Shown here in pieces: positions 23,666 through 36,899 of a stretch of DNA of 64,000 nucleotides; the first letter of the stretch is position 1; each line of letters opens with the position of its first letter. Location: assembly GCA_043228905.1 (NCBI GenBank), contig JBHGNT010000015.1, positions 12,152,001-12,216,000 on the forward strand, written 5' to 3'. The notes under the pieces are model-generated. The model had not been told where the DNA came from. It saw nothing but the letters and a program-made list of their open reading frames with translations, and searched no databases. The position numbers and the translations under genes were made by a program. The DNA is from Azolla caroliniana. Lineage: Eukaryota > Plantae > Polypodiophyta.

Positions 23666-26171
23666 TTTCTGCAACAGTCGCTCTGATACCAGTTTGTTGA
23701 GCAATCAATGCTCCGATTAACCTTCACCGCTCGGCCACAACCGAGTAAGCGCGAATCAATACAGCAGAAAATAGGAACCACAGAGAAAGGACACGATTAC
23801 ACAGAGATTAACGTGGAAAACCCTAGACGGGAAAAACCACGGGAGTCCAAGACTCCAAACCAACTATGCACAAAGAGAAGTATACAATGGCGAGCTGCAA
23901 GGCGACGACCTTGAGCTCGCTGTCCTCGCCACAAGCGGCGGAAATACACAGAGGCGTCGTCCTCTTCCTCTCTCACGCTCTAACTCTCTCTCTCTCTCTC
24001 ACGGCTGCTCCCTCTTCACTCCTCTTGAGTGGGAAAAACAGAAAAATGAGTAGCAACAACTTAACTGTTTGCCCTAAGTCATATTTATACACATATGACT
24101 TTCGGGCTATTTACAAATATAGCCTCAAGGGCTCTTGGCAAACATATTCACAAATATGTCTCCGCATCCGGATCTCTCTCCGGGTACATTCGTCATCCGG
24201 CTCCGTAACCGGGGTCTTCATCATCCGGTTCCGTAACCGGGGTCTTCATCATCCGGTTCCGTAACCGGAGTCTTCATCATCCGGCTCCGTAACCGCAACC
24301 GGGCTTGTCGTCATTCATCTCCGGACATCCCATCCGGAGGGACCGAAATCCCAACATGATCTTCCTCTCTGTTTCCCGTTCAACCAAGCATTGTAGGTTG
24401 CGGAAACAGTCGAAGACTTCACTTTTCCTCTCAATGAGGTAGATCCAAGTGTGTTGGTTGTAGTCGTCGATGAAGGAGACAAAATATCGACTCCCGTCAA
24501 GACTAACATTTTGTGCCGGTCCCCAGACATCCGAATGGATTAAATCGAGCTTGTTGCGGCTCTGTTTCATTCGGTGGGGAATGGAAGCCGGTATTGCTTC
24601 CCGAGTTGATAGACTTTACATATTTGGGCCTTCTAGACACTGAATTTCGACAATTCGAGAACAACCTGTTTCGATTGCGGGTCTTGAAGCCTCTGGTAGT
24701 TGACGTGGCTGATCCGCTTGTGCCAGAGATCGATGTCTAATTCTATCTTCTGTCCTCTTGCGAACATAGTGGAGCCTACGTCATTGGTGTCGAGGATGAC
24801 CATCCTCTCGCACCCTTGCACAATTATCCGAGCTTCTTCCTCAATGAAGCACCCGAGGTGCGTAAACCGCACCTTTATCCCTTGGTCGACGATCTATCTG
24901 ACTGACACCAGGTTCTTTATGATTGTCGGAACATGTAGTATGTTCATCAGCTTTCCCTTTTGTCTAACATGGCTTAAAGGGACTTCTCTGACATGCACAA
25001 TCGGGTGTGGAGTGTCGTCTCCGGTTTCGACAACTCCCAATTGTTCCGGTTTCTCTAAGAACGAGAACCACTCTTTGTGGCTTGTCATGTGGTTAAATGC
25101 TCCGGAGTCAACATACTACACTTCCTCTGATTCGGAAGTGGTCTTCTTCATCGAGTTCACCTCGTGTTTCATCACGAAGGCTGGCCCTTTTCCGGTCTTC
25201 CCGGTTTTGGGTCCTTCCAATCCTCCTACATAGTGCAAGCTTTGTTGGTTCCCTCGTTCGGCCTTGCCAGATCCAGATTTATCCGAATCGGTGCGCTTTT
25301 TCCAACACTTGCTTTCTTGGCAACCTTTCTTGCCACACTACCAGCATTTTGTGTCGGTCTTCGATTGCCGGTTTCCGGTGCCGCTTTGACTCCCCCTGCT
25401 TGTGGAGGGTCCAGAATTGTTGTTGGCACTATCTCCATGCCTCCGGTTCTGCCTCTTGCTGGCTGTCTCCATTGCGTTGTCGTGAAGAAAACCGTCCCTT
25501 AGCGCAATCGGTGCATAGCGCGCGTGAACCGGCTCTTCATGCGTGCACGCCCTTTAATGTATATAATAGGGAATTAGGTACATAGGCATATCCGGGGGTA
25601 GTTAGATTCAGTAGGTAGGAAGTAAATGAGGGAGACGGCTCCCTTCCTTAAGCTATAAAAGAGAGGGAGACGCGGGGGAGAAGGGATCGCGCATTAAGGA
25701 GGACGAAGTGTTGTCGGACCGTAACCGAATACTTCTCCTCTGTTCATTCTCCATCGCTCTTCTCTACAGGATTTCGGGAGGCTCGCGCTGCTTCGAGGAA
25801 CGCCCGTGTGCTTCCGGCAGCACCTCCATCCTATCCCCTTTCGTGCGCAGACGAACAAGCATCGGCATCTGTTCGCCGGCCTGTTCGGTTGTAACCGCTC
25901 GCGTGCTCTGTTGTTTTGTGTCATTTGTTAATATACAAACATTTGTGTCTCTTTGTCTCTGTGTCCATTCGTGTTTTCTGCGTTGTCGGGCCGTGCCCCT
26001 GTGTTTCTTTGCTCATACGTTACCGGTCGTCTCTCTCTTTCTCTTTCCCCTCCTATCACCTGCTCTTCGGTTCAAGACCCCGGTGGTCCCGCCTCGTTTC
26101 TCCACGCACGCGCGTAGCAACGTGACATCTTTGGTGAACCCGACGTGAAAAAGGCGGTAAAGGAGCAGAAG

Positions 26172-28288
26172 ATGAGGGGGTCGGATCATGCAGAGGCCAT
26201 GGCTTCGGCCGTGGACCGGATAGTGAGCGTGCGCGAGGGTACCGGCGCCCTTGACAGGGCTATTGAGGCGATCGTCGGTATGATCGGCCGGTTCAGTGGA
26301 AAGGATGCCACGAGTTATTTAGCGTCCTACTGGGCAGAGATGTTGATGAGGGATATTCCGGAAGAGAGGCGTCTTGCCGGATTCCCTCGAGTGGCGATGT
26401 CGGGCATCCATGCGGAGGTGCTCGAGGTTTGGGCGGAGAGCCGGACCTTGGAGGAGTTCGAAGGACGGCTCCTAGAGAAATACGGGTTGGATGACGCGCT
26501 TCGACTTTCGAAGCGGGGCTTCATGGAGTGGGTGGAGTCCCCCGACAAAGGAAGAAATGCGTCGGCACTCCTCTGGGAGTTTGAGGATCGCTTTGCGCGC
26601 CTTTCGGCGCTCGATCGGACCGTTCTGGACACAAGTCATGTCCTACTGTTCGTCAAATCGGTTGACGCACGGGATCGGGAGCAAGTGGGCTCCTTACTGG
26701 AAGCCGAAGACGGGCTGACGGCCAACTGGGCCGCGGTAAAAAGAGTCTACGGCTGTTTTGACAAACGGTGGGAGTGGGCTGATACAGGGGCGACCGGGGC
26801 AGGTCCTGTCGCAGCAAGGAAGCTCGAACCGATACCGCAGGCGTGACGGGAAGAGACCCGAGAGTGGCTTGAAACCGGTTCGGCTTCGACCGGCGTGGTC
26901 AGAGGCTCATCCGGGGGGACAGCTTTGGAGGAGTTGACACAAGCGGTAAAGGATCTCTAGATCGCCCAGGCTCGGAGGGAAGGCAGCGATCAGGCTCGTG
27001 ACCGACGGCCTCCGGCAGGAAATAGGTGCATGTGGTGCGACGAGGTCGGCCACATCCGGAAAGACTGCGGGGACTTTGTGGAGGCTTTGAGAAGCCGGGT
27101 AGTGTACCTGTGGGAAGGGCGGGTGCACGCCAACGATACCCGGAGGGCCCTGAACCGAAACGACGAGCGAGGAGGAATGAAAAGGCTGATGGAAGAGGCG
27201 GCGGCCCGGCACGCGGAGACCGTCCACTACTCAGCGTCAGCCGGCATTCAGGTCGGAGGCAGCGAGGCCCGGAAGGAGAGCAAAGCCGGGTTCTGGCCGA
27301 CGGTGCTGGAAGGCCTCGCCGGTGCCCGACTAAAGAAAGACGAGGCGGACCGCGCGGAGAAGCGGGTCCAGGAGGTAACCGGGTGGAGTGACCCGGTCGA
27401 AGAAAAGACGGGGTTCGTCGAAGCAGCTTGCTAGAACTACGAGGCTCTGGTTGAAGACAAATGGGTAGGTAAAACCGGAGGGGCCGGACCCTCACAGAGA
27501 TACGAAACCCGATTCGGGCCGAAACGGAACGAGGCCAGTGAGTCCAGTGCCCGAGATAACCACAAGAAGGGTGGATACCGTTTGGGCACGGAAATCGAAA
27601 GGACCACGGACCTACGAAAGGTCCTGGAAGAACGAATCCTCGACAACAAGGTGGAACTGTCGTTGCGGGAGGTGCTCGGAATCGCCAAGAAGGAGTTCCA
27701 CGACTCCATCGTGGACTTGGTGAAGAGGAAGAGGCTGTCGACGGAGGCAGAACCGGAAAGGCCGGTGGAGGTGCGGACGGCGCACATAGAGGACATGGCG
27801 CTGGAAGACGAGTGCGCGGAGAGCCACTATTCGAGGCCACACTGGGCCTGAGCGACCACGGAAACCCCGGTGAAGATCGGAGATGTTCAGGAACCGGTGG
27901 TGGTGCTGGTGGACCACGGTTCGGAAATAAACCTGATGTCCATGGACTTCTACAAGAAGGGGAAATGGCCGATCAACACCAAGCATGGGTGGAAGATACG
28001 GGCGGCGACGCGCGCCACCGAGGAACTACACGGAGCCTGCCCAAACGTGAGAGTCAAGATCGGCGACGTCGAGATAGATCAGCACTTCTTTGTGCAGGAG
28101 ACGTCCTCCCACCCGGTCATACTGGGAGAACCGTACATTACGGCAGCGCGGATGGAGACCAAGGTGTTGGACAACACGCGAGAGTCAAGAGTCAGGACGG
28201 GCGTCATTCGGTTCAGTTCCTGACGGTGCGACCGAACCACGAGCGAAACCGCGAGTCCCTCGGTGGCGAGAACCGAGAGGATTTTTAG
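26172..28288 (+). pseudogene. Gypsy Gag-protease ORF1 (nonsense codons and a small deletion)
   Basis: Fragments 26145-26846, 27030-27434, 27582-27851 and 27870-28223 match the intact ORF at 61913-64000; CMWCDEVGHIRKDC knuckle; LVDHGSEINL protease-like motif; ends EDF*. Confidence 0.9.
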
Positions 28289-31200
28289 AGAGGGTTGTCA
28301 AGGCGTGGGGCCGCGACAGTCCGGACACTCCGGGAAAACCCCACAAATGTACGATAGAGGTGAAACCGAAGAAACCTTGTACCATAAGTAGGAAGTTTTG
28401 TTTCTCCGACAACAGAGGGTGTACGATAGTCGGCGTCGTTGGCCGAGAAAAGACAAGGGCGGAAGAGCGACTTCGGGCGTACGAAGTTCTCGGTCCCAGC
28501 GAGGAAATCAACGGAGCCGTGGAGGCGGTCTCCTTCAACGATACCTTGGGAATACTACGAGAGGTGGTCGGAGAGGGCCTTAAAGAGGACCGGACGATAC
28601 CGGTTTGTTCGGAAGAGATGTACGAAGTCATCGCGGACTTCAGTCGAGGGCTCAAGTCGGATCGGACGGCCCGGGTTAACACGAAGTACAAGACTGTGGA
28701 CCGGAACGTAAGGCCAGTCGCGACACCCTTACCGGAGGGCAGCGAGTTGCGAATCAAGGGGGTCGCGTCGGACCCCAGTTTACGAGATCCGGCCTGCATA
28801 GGACACGCCTTCACCGACAGAACGCTACGGGAGCTCAAAATCGGTGGGGGCGGGTTCCTACTACCGGCGGAAGAAGACCGGTTTCGGAGAATGCTCGGAA
28901 GGCACGGGAAAGCCTTCGCATTCTCACCGGGAGAGATCTGGTGCGTAGACCCGATGGTCGTGAAGCCGATGGTGATATTCACGGTACCGCATGTGCCGTG
29001 GAATCTCAAACCAATTCCGGTACCGAGAGCTCACATCCTGGAGCTGATGGAGCTATTAAGGCAGAAAGTCGATATGGGCATCCTCGAACCATCGAGTGCC
29101 CCGTACTCGAACCGGTGGTTTACTGTACCGAAGAAGAACGGGACGTTGCGCTTCATTCAAGACCTGCAACCGGTCAACAGAGTGACCATTCGGAACGCAG
29201 GAATCAGACCAACGATAGACGAGTTCGCAGAGGCCTTCGCCGGAAGGTCGATCTACTCAGTCGGTGATCTGTACTCGGGGTACGATCAGTTCCAACTAGC
29301 CGTAGAGAGCAAAGACATTACGACGATGTGGACTCCTCTCGGCCTAGTGCGGATGTGTACCCTGCCACAAGGAGGGACGAACTCGGTGGCCCACATGGTG
29401 AATGCGATGAACAAGGTGTTGAGGGATTGTATCCCGGACATCACCATGCCATTCTTGGACGACATCCCGATCAAGGGATGTCCGGTGGAGAAGAAGGACG
29501 AAACGATCGGACCGGACGGATGCCGGAAATTCGTGGCGACACACATTGACGACTGCGAGAGGGTGCTGCAGAGGCTAGAGGACGCGAGGCTCACCTTCTC
29601 CGGGGAGAAATCGGCCTTCGGGCAATCAAAGATCATGGTCGTCGGACATCTATGCGGACCGTATGGCCGGAAACCGTCTCCGGCTAAGATGGAAGCCATC
29701 TCCGCAATGAAGCCCGACTGTAACTCGGTCACAGAAGTACGGAGGTTCTTGGGAGCATGCGCGTTCTACCACATATGGATCCTGCATTACGCCCACGTTG
29801 CCGAGCCGCTATACGGGTTGCTGAAAAAGGGGCGAAAATTCGAGTGGCGAGACGAGCATACGGAGTCGGTCCGAAAGATGAAGGAGGCTCTTGCTGCAGC
29901 TCCGGCACTCCGGAAGGCTGTCTACGAGAAAGGCACTCCCGTCTACATAACGGTAGATACGAGTCCGACCGGGATCGGATGGGTTGTCAACCAAGAAGAT
30001 GAGGACGGCATTCGGTTCCCAATCCGGTTCGGGGCGAAGGTCCTCAGCGAGCGACAGCGAGGATATGCCCAGGTTAAACGCAAACTCTGGGGTATCGTTT
30101 CGGCGGTGAAGGCCGATAAAGACTATCTGATCGGGACAGAGGTGATTATCAAGACGGACTGCCTGCCGATTCTCGGCATGGTTTCCAGATGCGCAACCCC
30201 GGACCTGGCAATGCTCAGGTGGATAGCGTACATCAAGTCCCTGGATCCGGAAATACGACACATTTCCAGGAAAGACAATGCCATGGCCGACATGCTTTCA
30301 AGGGTGCGATTCGACAACGAGGGCGGCATGGTTTCGGAGGACGAGGAAGTCGGCATGGACTTCTTCGAGGCGGTTTACGTAACAACCGAGGGGGGGAGCA
30401 CTCCGGCGCTTAACGATTTTAACGAGAGCAAGTACGATGGGGAGTGGCTGCAGATTGGAGGATTCTTAAGGACAATGATGCCGGACGCATCATGGACAAA
30501 GGACGAGGCCAACCGGATCCGGAAGAAAGCGTACCGATTCTTTCTCCGGGATGGATACTTGTGGAAGCACCCGAAGAAGAGAAACGACATCCCGCTCCGA
30601 GTAGTGGCGATGAAGGAGGAACAGGAGGAGTTACTGAAGGCCTACCACGACAGCCCCTGGGTTGGACACCGTGGAACGTGGGCCACGTTCGAGAAACTAA
30701 AGGGGAAGTACTGGTGGCCGGGACTGTACCGGGACGTGCATCGGTTCGTGACGACTTGCGAGAGCTGTCAGATACACTCCGTAGTCCGACATCGGGACGA
30801 GCTTCACCCTACATACCCTCCGGCCATCCACTTCAAATGGATGGTAGATTTGGTGACGATGCCGATGGGCGTAGGGCAGATGCGATATCTGGTGTTGGCC
30901 CGGGAGGACCTGATGAACCAGGTGGAAGGCTGAGCCCTGCAGAACAAAACGACCGTGGCCATGTGTCGGTTCCTGATCGAGGACGTGATATGCCGGTACG
31001 GGTGCGTCGGGAAGATCGTGGCTGACCGCGGGGAGTTGGACGCCGAAGAGGCCGAGGAGCTATTCGACCGGTTAGGGGTCAAGCTCTCGCTCACCACAGC
31101 GTACAATCCGGAGGCGAACGGGAAGGTGGAGCGCGGACACTGACCGATCGTCAAAGCGTTAGTCTGGGCATGCGGAGGCCAGGTCGGGAACTGGCCACGA

Positions 31201-31866
31201 CTGTTACCTTATGCCTTGTGGGCGGACAGGACAACACACAGTTCGGTAACCGGGTTCATGCCGTCAGAGCTCATGTTCGGACAGAAGCCGATCATGCCGA
31301 TGGAACGAACGATCTCCTCTTGGGCGACAGTGGACTGGAGAGACGAGATGAGCCGGGAAGAACTACTAGCGGCGCGTGTACGACAGCTCGAGCGGAGGCC
31401 AGAGGACGTGGAACGAGCGGCGGAGAGACTTCGGACGGCGAGGATGAGGAACAAAGCCTGGTTCGACCGAACGCACCGGCTCCGACCAAAGAAAATCGAG
31501 GAATGCGACTGGGTGCTAGTCTACGACAGCAGCCTTGACAACCAGCATCGGGCAACACGGAAGTTTGCAAAGCGGTGGTTCGGGCCTTACGTGGTAACGA
31601 GCGCCAACGACAACGGGACGTATCACCTGGCGGAACTCGACGGTACAAGGATGGCGATACCGGTAGCAGGGAAGCGGATCAAAACGTTCATGAAGCGCCA
31701 TGACGGCGAACCGGATCTAAGAGGCCTGGACAGCGACGACGAACAGTCCGAAACGGAGGACAAACCGATGGACGAAGAACCGGAACTCGGGCCGGTTTTC
31801 TCCAACCAGAGCACAATTTTGGCGCATACCGGTGGATGCGCGGTTAGGTGGGGGCGGATGTCGTGA
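28279..31866 (+). pseudogene. Gypsy Pol (RT-RNase H-integrase) with in-frame TGA codons
   Basis: LPQG / FLDD RT, DTSPTGIG RNase H, H..H..C..C integrase zinc finger, ANGKVER, WFGPY; stops at 30931 and 31141. Confidence 0.92.
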
Positions 31867-34800
31867 AGAAAACCGTCCCTTAGTGCAATCGGTGCATAGC
31901 GCGCGTGAACCGGCTCTTCACGCGTGCGCGCCCTTTAATGTATATAATAGGGAATTAGGTACATAGGCATATCCGGGGGTAGTTAGATTCGGTAGGTAGG
32001 AAGTAAATGAGGGAGACGGCTCCCTTCCTTAAGCTATAAAAGAGAGGGAGACGCGGGGGAGAAGGGATCGCGCATTAAGGAGGACGAAGTGTTGTCGGAC
32101 CGTAACCGAATACTTCTCCTCTGTTCATTCTCCATCGCTCTTCTCTACAGGATTTCGGGAGGCTCGCGCTGCTTCGAGGAACGCCCGTGTGCTTCCGGCA
32201 GCACCTCCATCCTATCCCCTTTCGTGCGCAGACGAACAAGCATCGGCATCTGTTCGCCGGCCTGTTCGGTTGTAACCGCTCGCGTGCTCTGTTGTTTTGT
32301 GTCATTTGTTAATATACAAACATTCGTGTCTCTTTGTCTCTGTGTCCATTCGTGTTTTCTGCGTTGTCGGGCCGTGCCCCTGTGTTTCTTTGCTCATACG
32401 TTACCGGTCGTCTCTCTCTTTCTCTTTCCCCTCCTATCACCTGCTCTTCGGTTCAAGACCCCGGTGGTCCCGCCTCGTTTCTCCACGCACGCGCGTAGCA
32501 ACGCGACAGCGTGCTGGCCCACCTCCTCCTCCATGCATACGGGGTCGAACCGCCTCCATGTACAACATCTGGTTATCCGATTGAGTGGTTCTAGACCCAC
32601 TCGCATGGTTTTCTTCGACCATCAACATAGATTGCAAGTCGAAAAAGGATGGTGGCTTCTCCCGAGTGCAAATTGCCGTCTGGATTTGCCCATACTGTTG
32701 TGCTAGACCACCAAGGCAGATTTGGACCATTTTGTCTTCGTCCACCGTCACATTGATGGACCCGAGTGCATCACAAATCTCCTTTATTTTGGTGGTGTAC
32801 TCCGTAACCGACATATCTCTCTACCGGATGTTGTTTAGCTCTTGCCGGAGCTACAACTTACGGGTTGTGGTACTTGTGACAAAATCTTCCAGAGATTTTC
32901 CCAGGCCTCCTTCGGCGTTTTTGCATCTTTGATGTAGCCGAGCATCTGGTCATGCACACAGGACGCGAGGTAGTAAAGCAATCTACTCGCTCCTTGTTCC
33001 CATTTCGGGAAGTCCTTATGTGTTGGCTCCGGCACTACCTTATTCATTCCTTTCACATAGCTCCAGTAACCATGCCCCAGTAGGTACCGATGCATTTTAT
33101 ATGACCAGGACGCATAGTTGCTCTGGTCAAGCTTTTCTGTCGGAAGCGAACTCACCATACTTTTGTCCATCTCTGTCTGTTCTTTACCGGATGTTAGGGT
33201 TTGTCTTAAGGAAATGCTTGTCGGTAGCAGAGGTTCTCAACCCTCGTGCTCTAATACCATGTGAAAGTTAATATGCGGAAGCTTGTGACAAAATTGGCTC
33301 TGCCGTGTAGCAACACAATATTGAGATGAAAGGTTTAATGGAGACCTTACGCAGGAGATACAGAGAGAGGAAAAAGCATAAAAGTTATTCAAAATAATAA
33401 CATTATGTAACTCTGTACATAGAATGTGCTCAAAGAGCACTTTTATACAAGTCCATAAAGGATTGACAAAAGTACTGATAGGTACTTCAATGCTCATACG
33501 AGCAACTGACATTGACTCCTAGAAATATGCCTACGTACTAGGCTAGATCCGTAGGCCTCTAACGGCCTATCGGTTTCAATCCGATTCGGCTCCTGGTTCT
33601 GGATACCATATGGATACTGATCCGATTCTCTGCTCTGGATACCGATCCGGCTCTGGCTTATTCAACCGATTTGGATATGGTTGAGCTTGCTCGCTCAACA
33701 TATGCCATATACTCATCGTAGCCGAACCGGCTAACCAAGTTTCTCTCTTGGGTGGAGTGATGAAGCTTCTCATTTGGAAAGACTAAGGCTTTCTTTTCTC
33801 CATTCGACCAGATGATTGGGATGTCAAGGCCTTCGAACTCACTATCAAGGGAGTGAGTTGACTCGTTGTCAATTGAATCTTCGTATTTTGGCATTTTGGC
33901 CTTCCCTTTGTCTAGCTCCGGACTCGGCCGAGATGTGCTTTCATTGCTCGGTGGCTCCTAAGGTCCACTCAGCCTTGTCGTAATCAGACTTTCTTCGAAC
34001 ATCTGCTTGAGTTGATCTTCATTCTGTAGCTCTTGGTCGGCCGAATCTAGGACAATTGTGGTAGGAATCAGAGTCATCTTTGGTTCATACCAGGATGTTG
34101 ACTTGTCGAAAACATCTTGACTCACTCGAACTTTTCGGATGGATGGATTGTAACATTTGTACCCCTTTTGTTCAAGTGAGTACCCTACGAGGATACATTT
34201 CTCTGACTTTGGATCAAGCTTTTCTCGCTTCTCGTCGAGAATATGTACATAGGTGATTGAGCCGAATATCCGAATATGGGATAAATCCGGCTTCTTTCTG
34301 AAGAACTTCTTGTGGGGGGTTACGTCATGTACCCCAGAGGTTGTACACATGTTCATGAGGTAGAAGATTGTGTTAGCCGCATCTGCCTAGTATAACTTCG
34401 GCAGGTTCTTCTAGTTCATCATTGCCCTTGCCGCCTCTACTATGTGTTGATTCTTTCGTTTGGCTACTCCCGGTGTGTGTCGGCACGAGAATTCTCATCA
34501 AAATGCCTTCCTTTCAAAGATACTTCATAAATTTTTCCGAGAAATATTCCTTGCCCCCATCCGATCGAAGGCATCAAATATGCCGACTTGTGGCTTTTTC
34601 GACTTTGTTTTTAAACTTTTGGATGTGTCCGAACATTTCACTCTTTTGCCAAATGGGGTAAATCCATGTATGCTTGGAGAAGTCGTCGATGAATGTGACA
34701 TAATATCGAAAACCACCGAATGTTGTCATCTGGACTGGTCCCATACATCTTAATGTACTACATACAGGATCCCTTTGCTCACGTTCCTCTCTTTCGGGAA

Positions 34801-35557
34801 CGGTTGTTGGTGTTGTTTACCGAACTGACAAGCTTCACATATACCTACCACCTCCTTTTCGGTAAAAGTTGGGAGTCCGATGAAGACTCCTTTTGACTAC
34901 ATTCCTTTGAGCTTTTGGAGATTGATGTGACCAATTCGTTTGTGCCATAGTTTCAAATTAGTTTCGACTTTGAGGCATTTTGCGAACATAGCCGACTTCA
35001 CCTCGTTCGATTTGAGGATGAACATTCGGTCTTGTTTTTTACCGTGAGCTACTAGGCGTCCTTCCTTTTCAATAAAGCACCCGTCATTATTGAATCATAC
35101 TTGCATGCCTTGTTTGACAATTTGGTCAACCGAGACTAGGTTTTTCGTGATCATTGGGACATGCAAGACATTCTTAAGGTAGGTTTGTTTGCCGTCATTC
35201 CCAAATGGAACATTTCCGATATGCCAAATCAAGTGAGTTGTATCATCTCTTGTTTCAACATAACTGGGATGATCAGGCTTTCTCAAGTCTCAGAACCAAT
35301 CTTTGTGAGACGTCATATGATTGGATTCTCCCGAGTCGACAATCCATACATTATCATATGAGGAGGTGCTTTGTCTGACCTTGTGTTGACATTGAATGTG
35401 CTTTACGGCTCATCATGAACATACCGCCATGATCATCGTAATCAAAATTTATAGCATAGTTAGTGAGTTGTCGGCTAGTCGAAGCCGACTCGTTTTTTCA
35501 TTTGGCACTCCTCTTCATAGTGGTTGAGTTTTCCACAATACCCGCATTCGATCAGGG

Positions 35558-35930
35558 TGTCGTGAAGAGATTGCTTCATGATATAAAAATAAACTTAAAT
35601 ATTAGATCAAGGGGCATTCAAGAGACTTGAACCCACAACCTTCTATACCAAGTATAAAGTATATACCATTAGGCAGGATGGCTCCCCCTCTTGCGATCAA
35701 GCATAGTTGGTAAAATATTTTATTCTTAATATAAATCATATTCATATTGTAAATCATACATTGTCTTTGTCTCTTATCTATGCTCGTCTCTCTCACACAT
35801 TAGGTTTAACTCTTCTTCTTCCTATCCTTAATCTTTCTAACATTGTCGCACAAGCCTTATTAAAATTTAACCAACTCCCTTTAACCTTAGTTCCTGTGAC
35901 TTCGCCACACGAACCACAACTACCCGGACA
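35558..35930 (+). mobile_element. Truncated AT-rich gypsy-lineage LTR-like insertion with a tRNA-like module
   Basis: Begins TGTCGTGAAG like the gypsy LTRs; interrupts gag of B1; shares TGCTTCATGATAT and the A/B-box module with 52463-53491. Right end and TSD not resolved. Confidence 0.6.
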
Positions 35931-36852
35931 CTGGTGGGATGGCTCCCCCTTTTGCCGAACTCCCTAGGAGTGTTTCTGGCCTCTTGCCAAAGATGGGAAT
36001 TGTGTTCTCGGGTTAGTTGACCTTGTTGGCCTCGGCCAAATCAGCCTCTGTTTTCTTGGTCAAATTCTCTTCCATCATCCAATTGGGAGTAGAGCATTTG
36101 ACCATCGGGTGCGTTGCTCCTTTGTCGGGTGTGATTTTCTTCAACCAATCGTATCGATTGAAGGTCGAAAAAGGAGGGAGGGTTCTCCCTTGCCAGGATA
36201 GCCGATCTAATCTTCCCGAATCATGGTGCTAGGCCGCCAAGGCATTTTTGCACCATTTCATCATCGTCAATCACATTGATCGACCCGAGGGCATCACACA
36301 ACTCCTTGATCTCCAAGGTATAACTGGTGATTGTCATGTCCCTTTGTTGCATATTAGTCAACTCATGTTCGAGTTGGAGCTTACGTGCATCTGTGTTGGC
36401 TATGAAGATTTTCTTGAGGTTGGCCCAAGATTCCTTGCATTTTCGCCTCATGAATATAGCCGAGCATGTGACCATGAATGCATGATGCAAGGCAATACAA
36501 TACACGGCTTGCGACTTGCTCCCAAGATGGGTAGTCGGCGTGTGTTGGGTTGGGTTGCGTTTCGTGAGCTCCCTCAATATAGCTCCAATAACCTTGTCCG
36601 ACAAGGTATTGATGCATCTTGTATTCCTAAGATGCGAAGTTTGTCCTATCGAGCTTTTCCATAGGAAGAGCGCTTCCCATCTGTGTATTCATAATGTCGA
36701 TTTCTTCTCTGTTGTTGAACCGGTTCTGTTGATCGTCGGTGTGTAGTAAACTTGATAAGAAAACCACACGCTCTAATACCATGTAAAGAAATGGAAAGCG
36801 TAGGTGATGTTATGCAACGGGTGTGGACTGTGTGTGTGAGTGTACGTAAGAC

Positions 36853-36899
<47 letters not shown>

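Larger units (their letters stand above)
18920..24356 (-). mobile_element. Intact, young Ty1/copia element (family D, Tnt1/Tork-like), copy D2
   Basis: 662-bp LTRs at 18920-19581 and 23695-24356 with 3 visible mismatches. TSD TGATC. PBS TGGTATCAGAGC at about 23680-23691. PPT directly after the stop codon. Confidence 0.97.
25478..32508 (+). mobile_element. Full-length Ty3/gypsy element G1 (tRNA-Trp primed, no chromodomain), coding region decayed
   Basis: 650-bp LTRs at 25478-26127 and 31859-32508 (about 6 transitions). 4-bp TSD GCGT. PBS 26132-26148, PPT 31842-31858. Domain order Gag-PR / RT-RH-IN. Confidence 0.95.
15179..33700 (-). mobile_element. Ty1/copia family A, copy A2: both LTRs present, three nested insertions
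   Basis: LTRs 15179-15597 and 33260-33700. 5-bp TSD TATGC at 15174-15178 and 33701-33705. PPT 15598-15609, PBS about 33248-33259. Decayed gag-pol with an RT/RNase H deletion near 16345. Confidence 0.92.

Noticed and set aside
23666-23704. ORF-track start of the copia polyprotein at 23704
   Set aside because: A non-ATG start inside the LTR/PBS; the first ATG after the PBS is at 23665.
28185-29009. Antisense ORF of about 260-270 aa present in both G1 and G3 (61198-61974)
   Set aside because: Codon-aligned shadow of GC-rich pol in closely related copies; non-ATG start and no domain.
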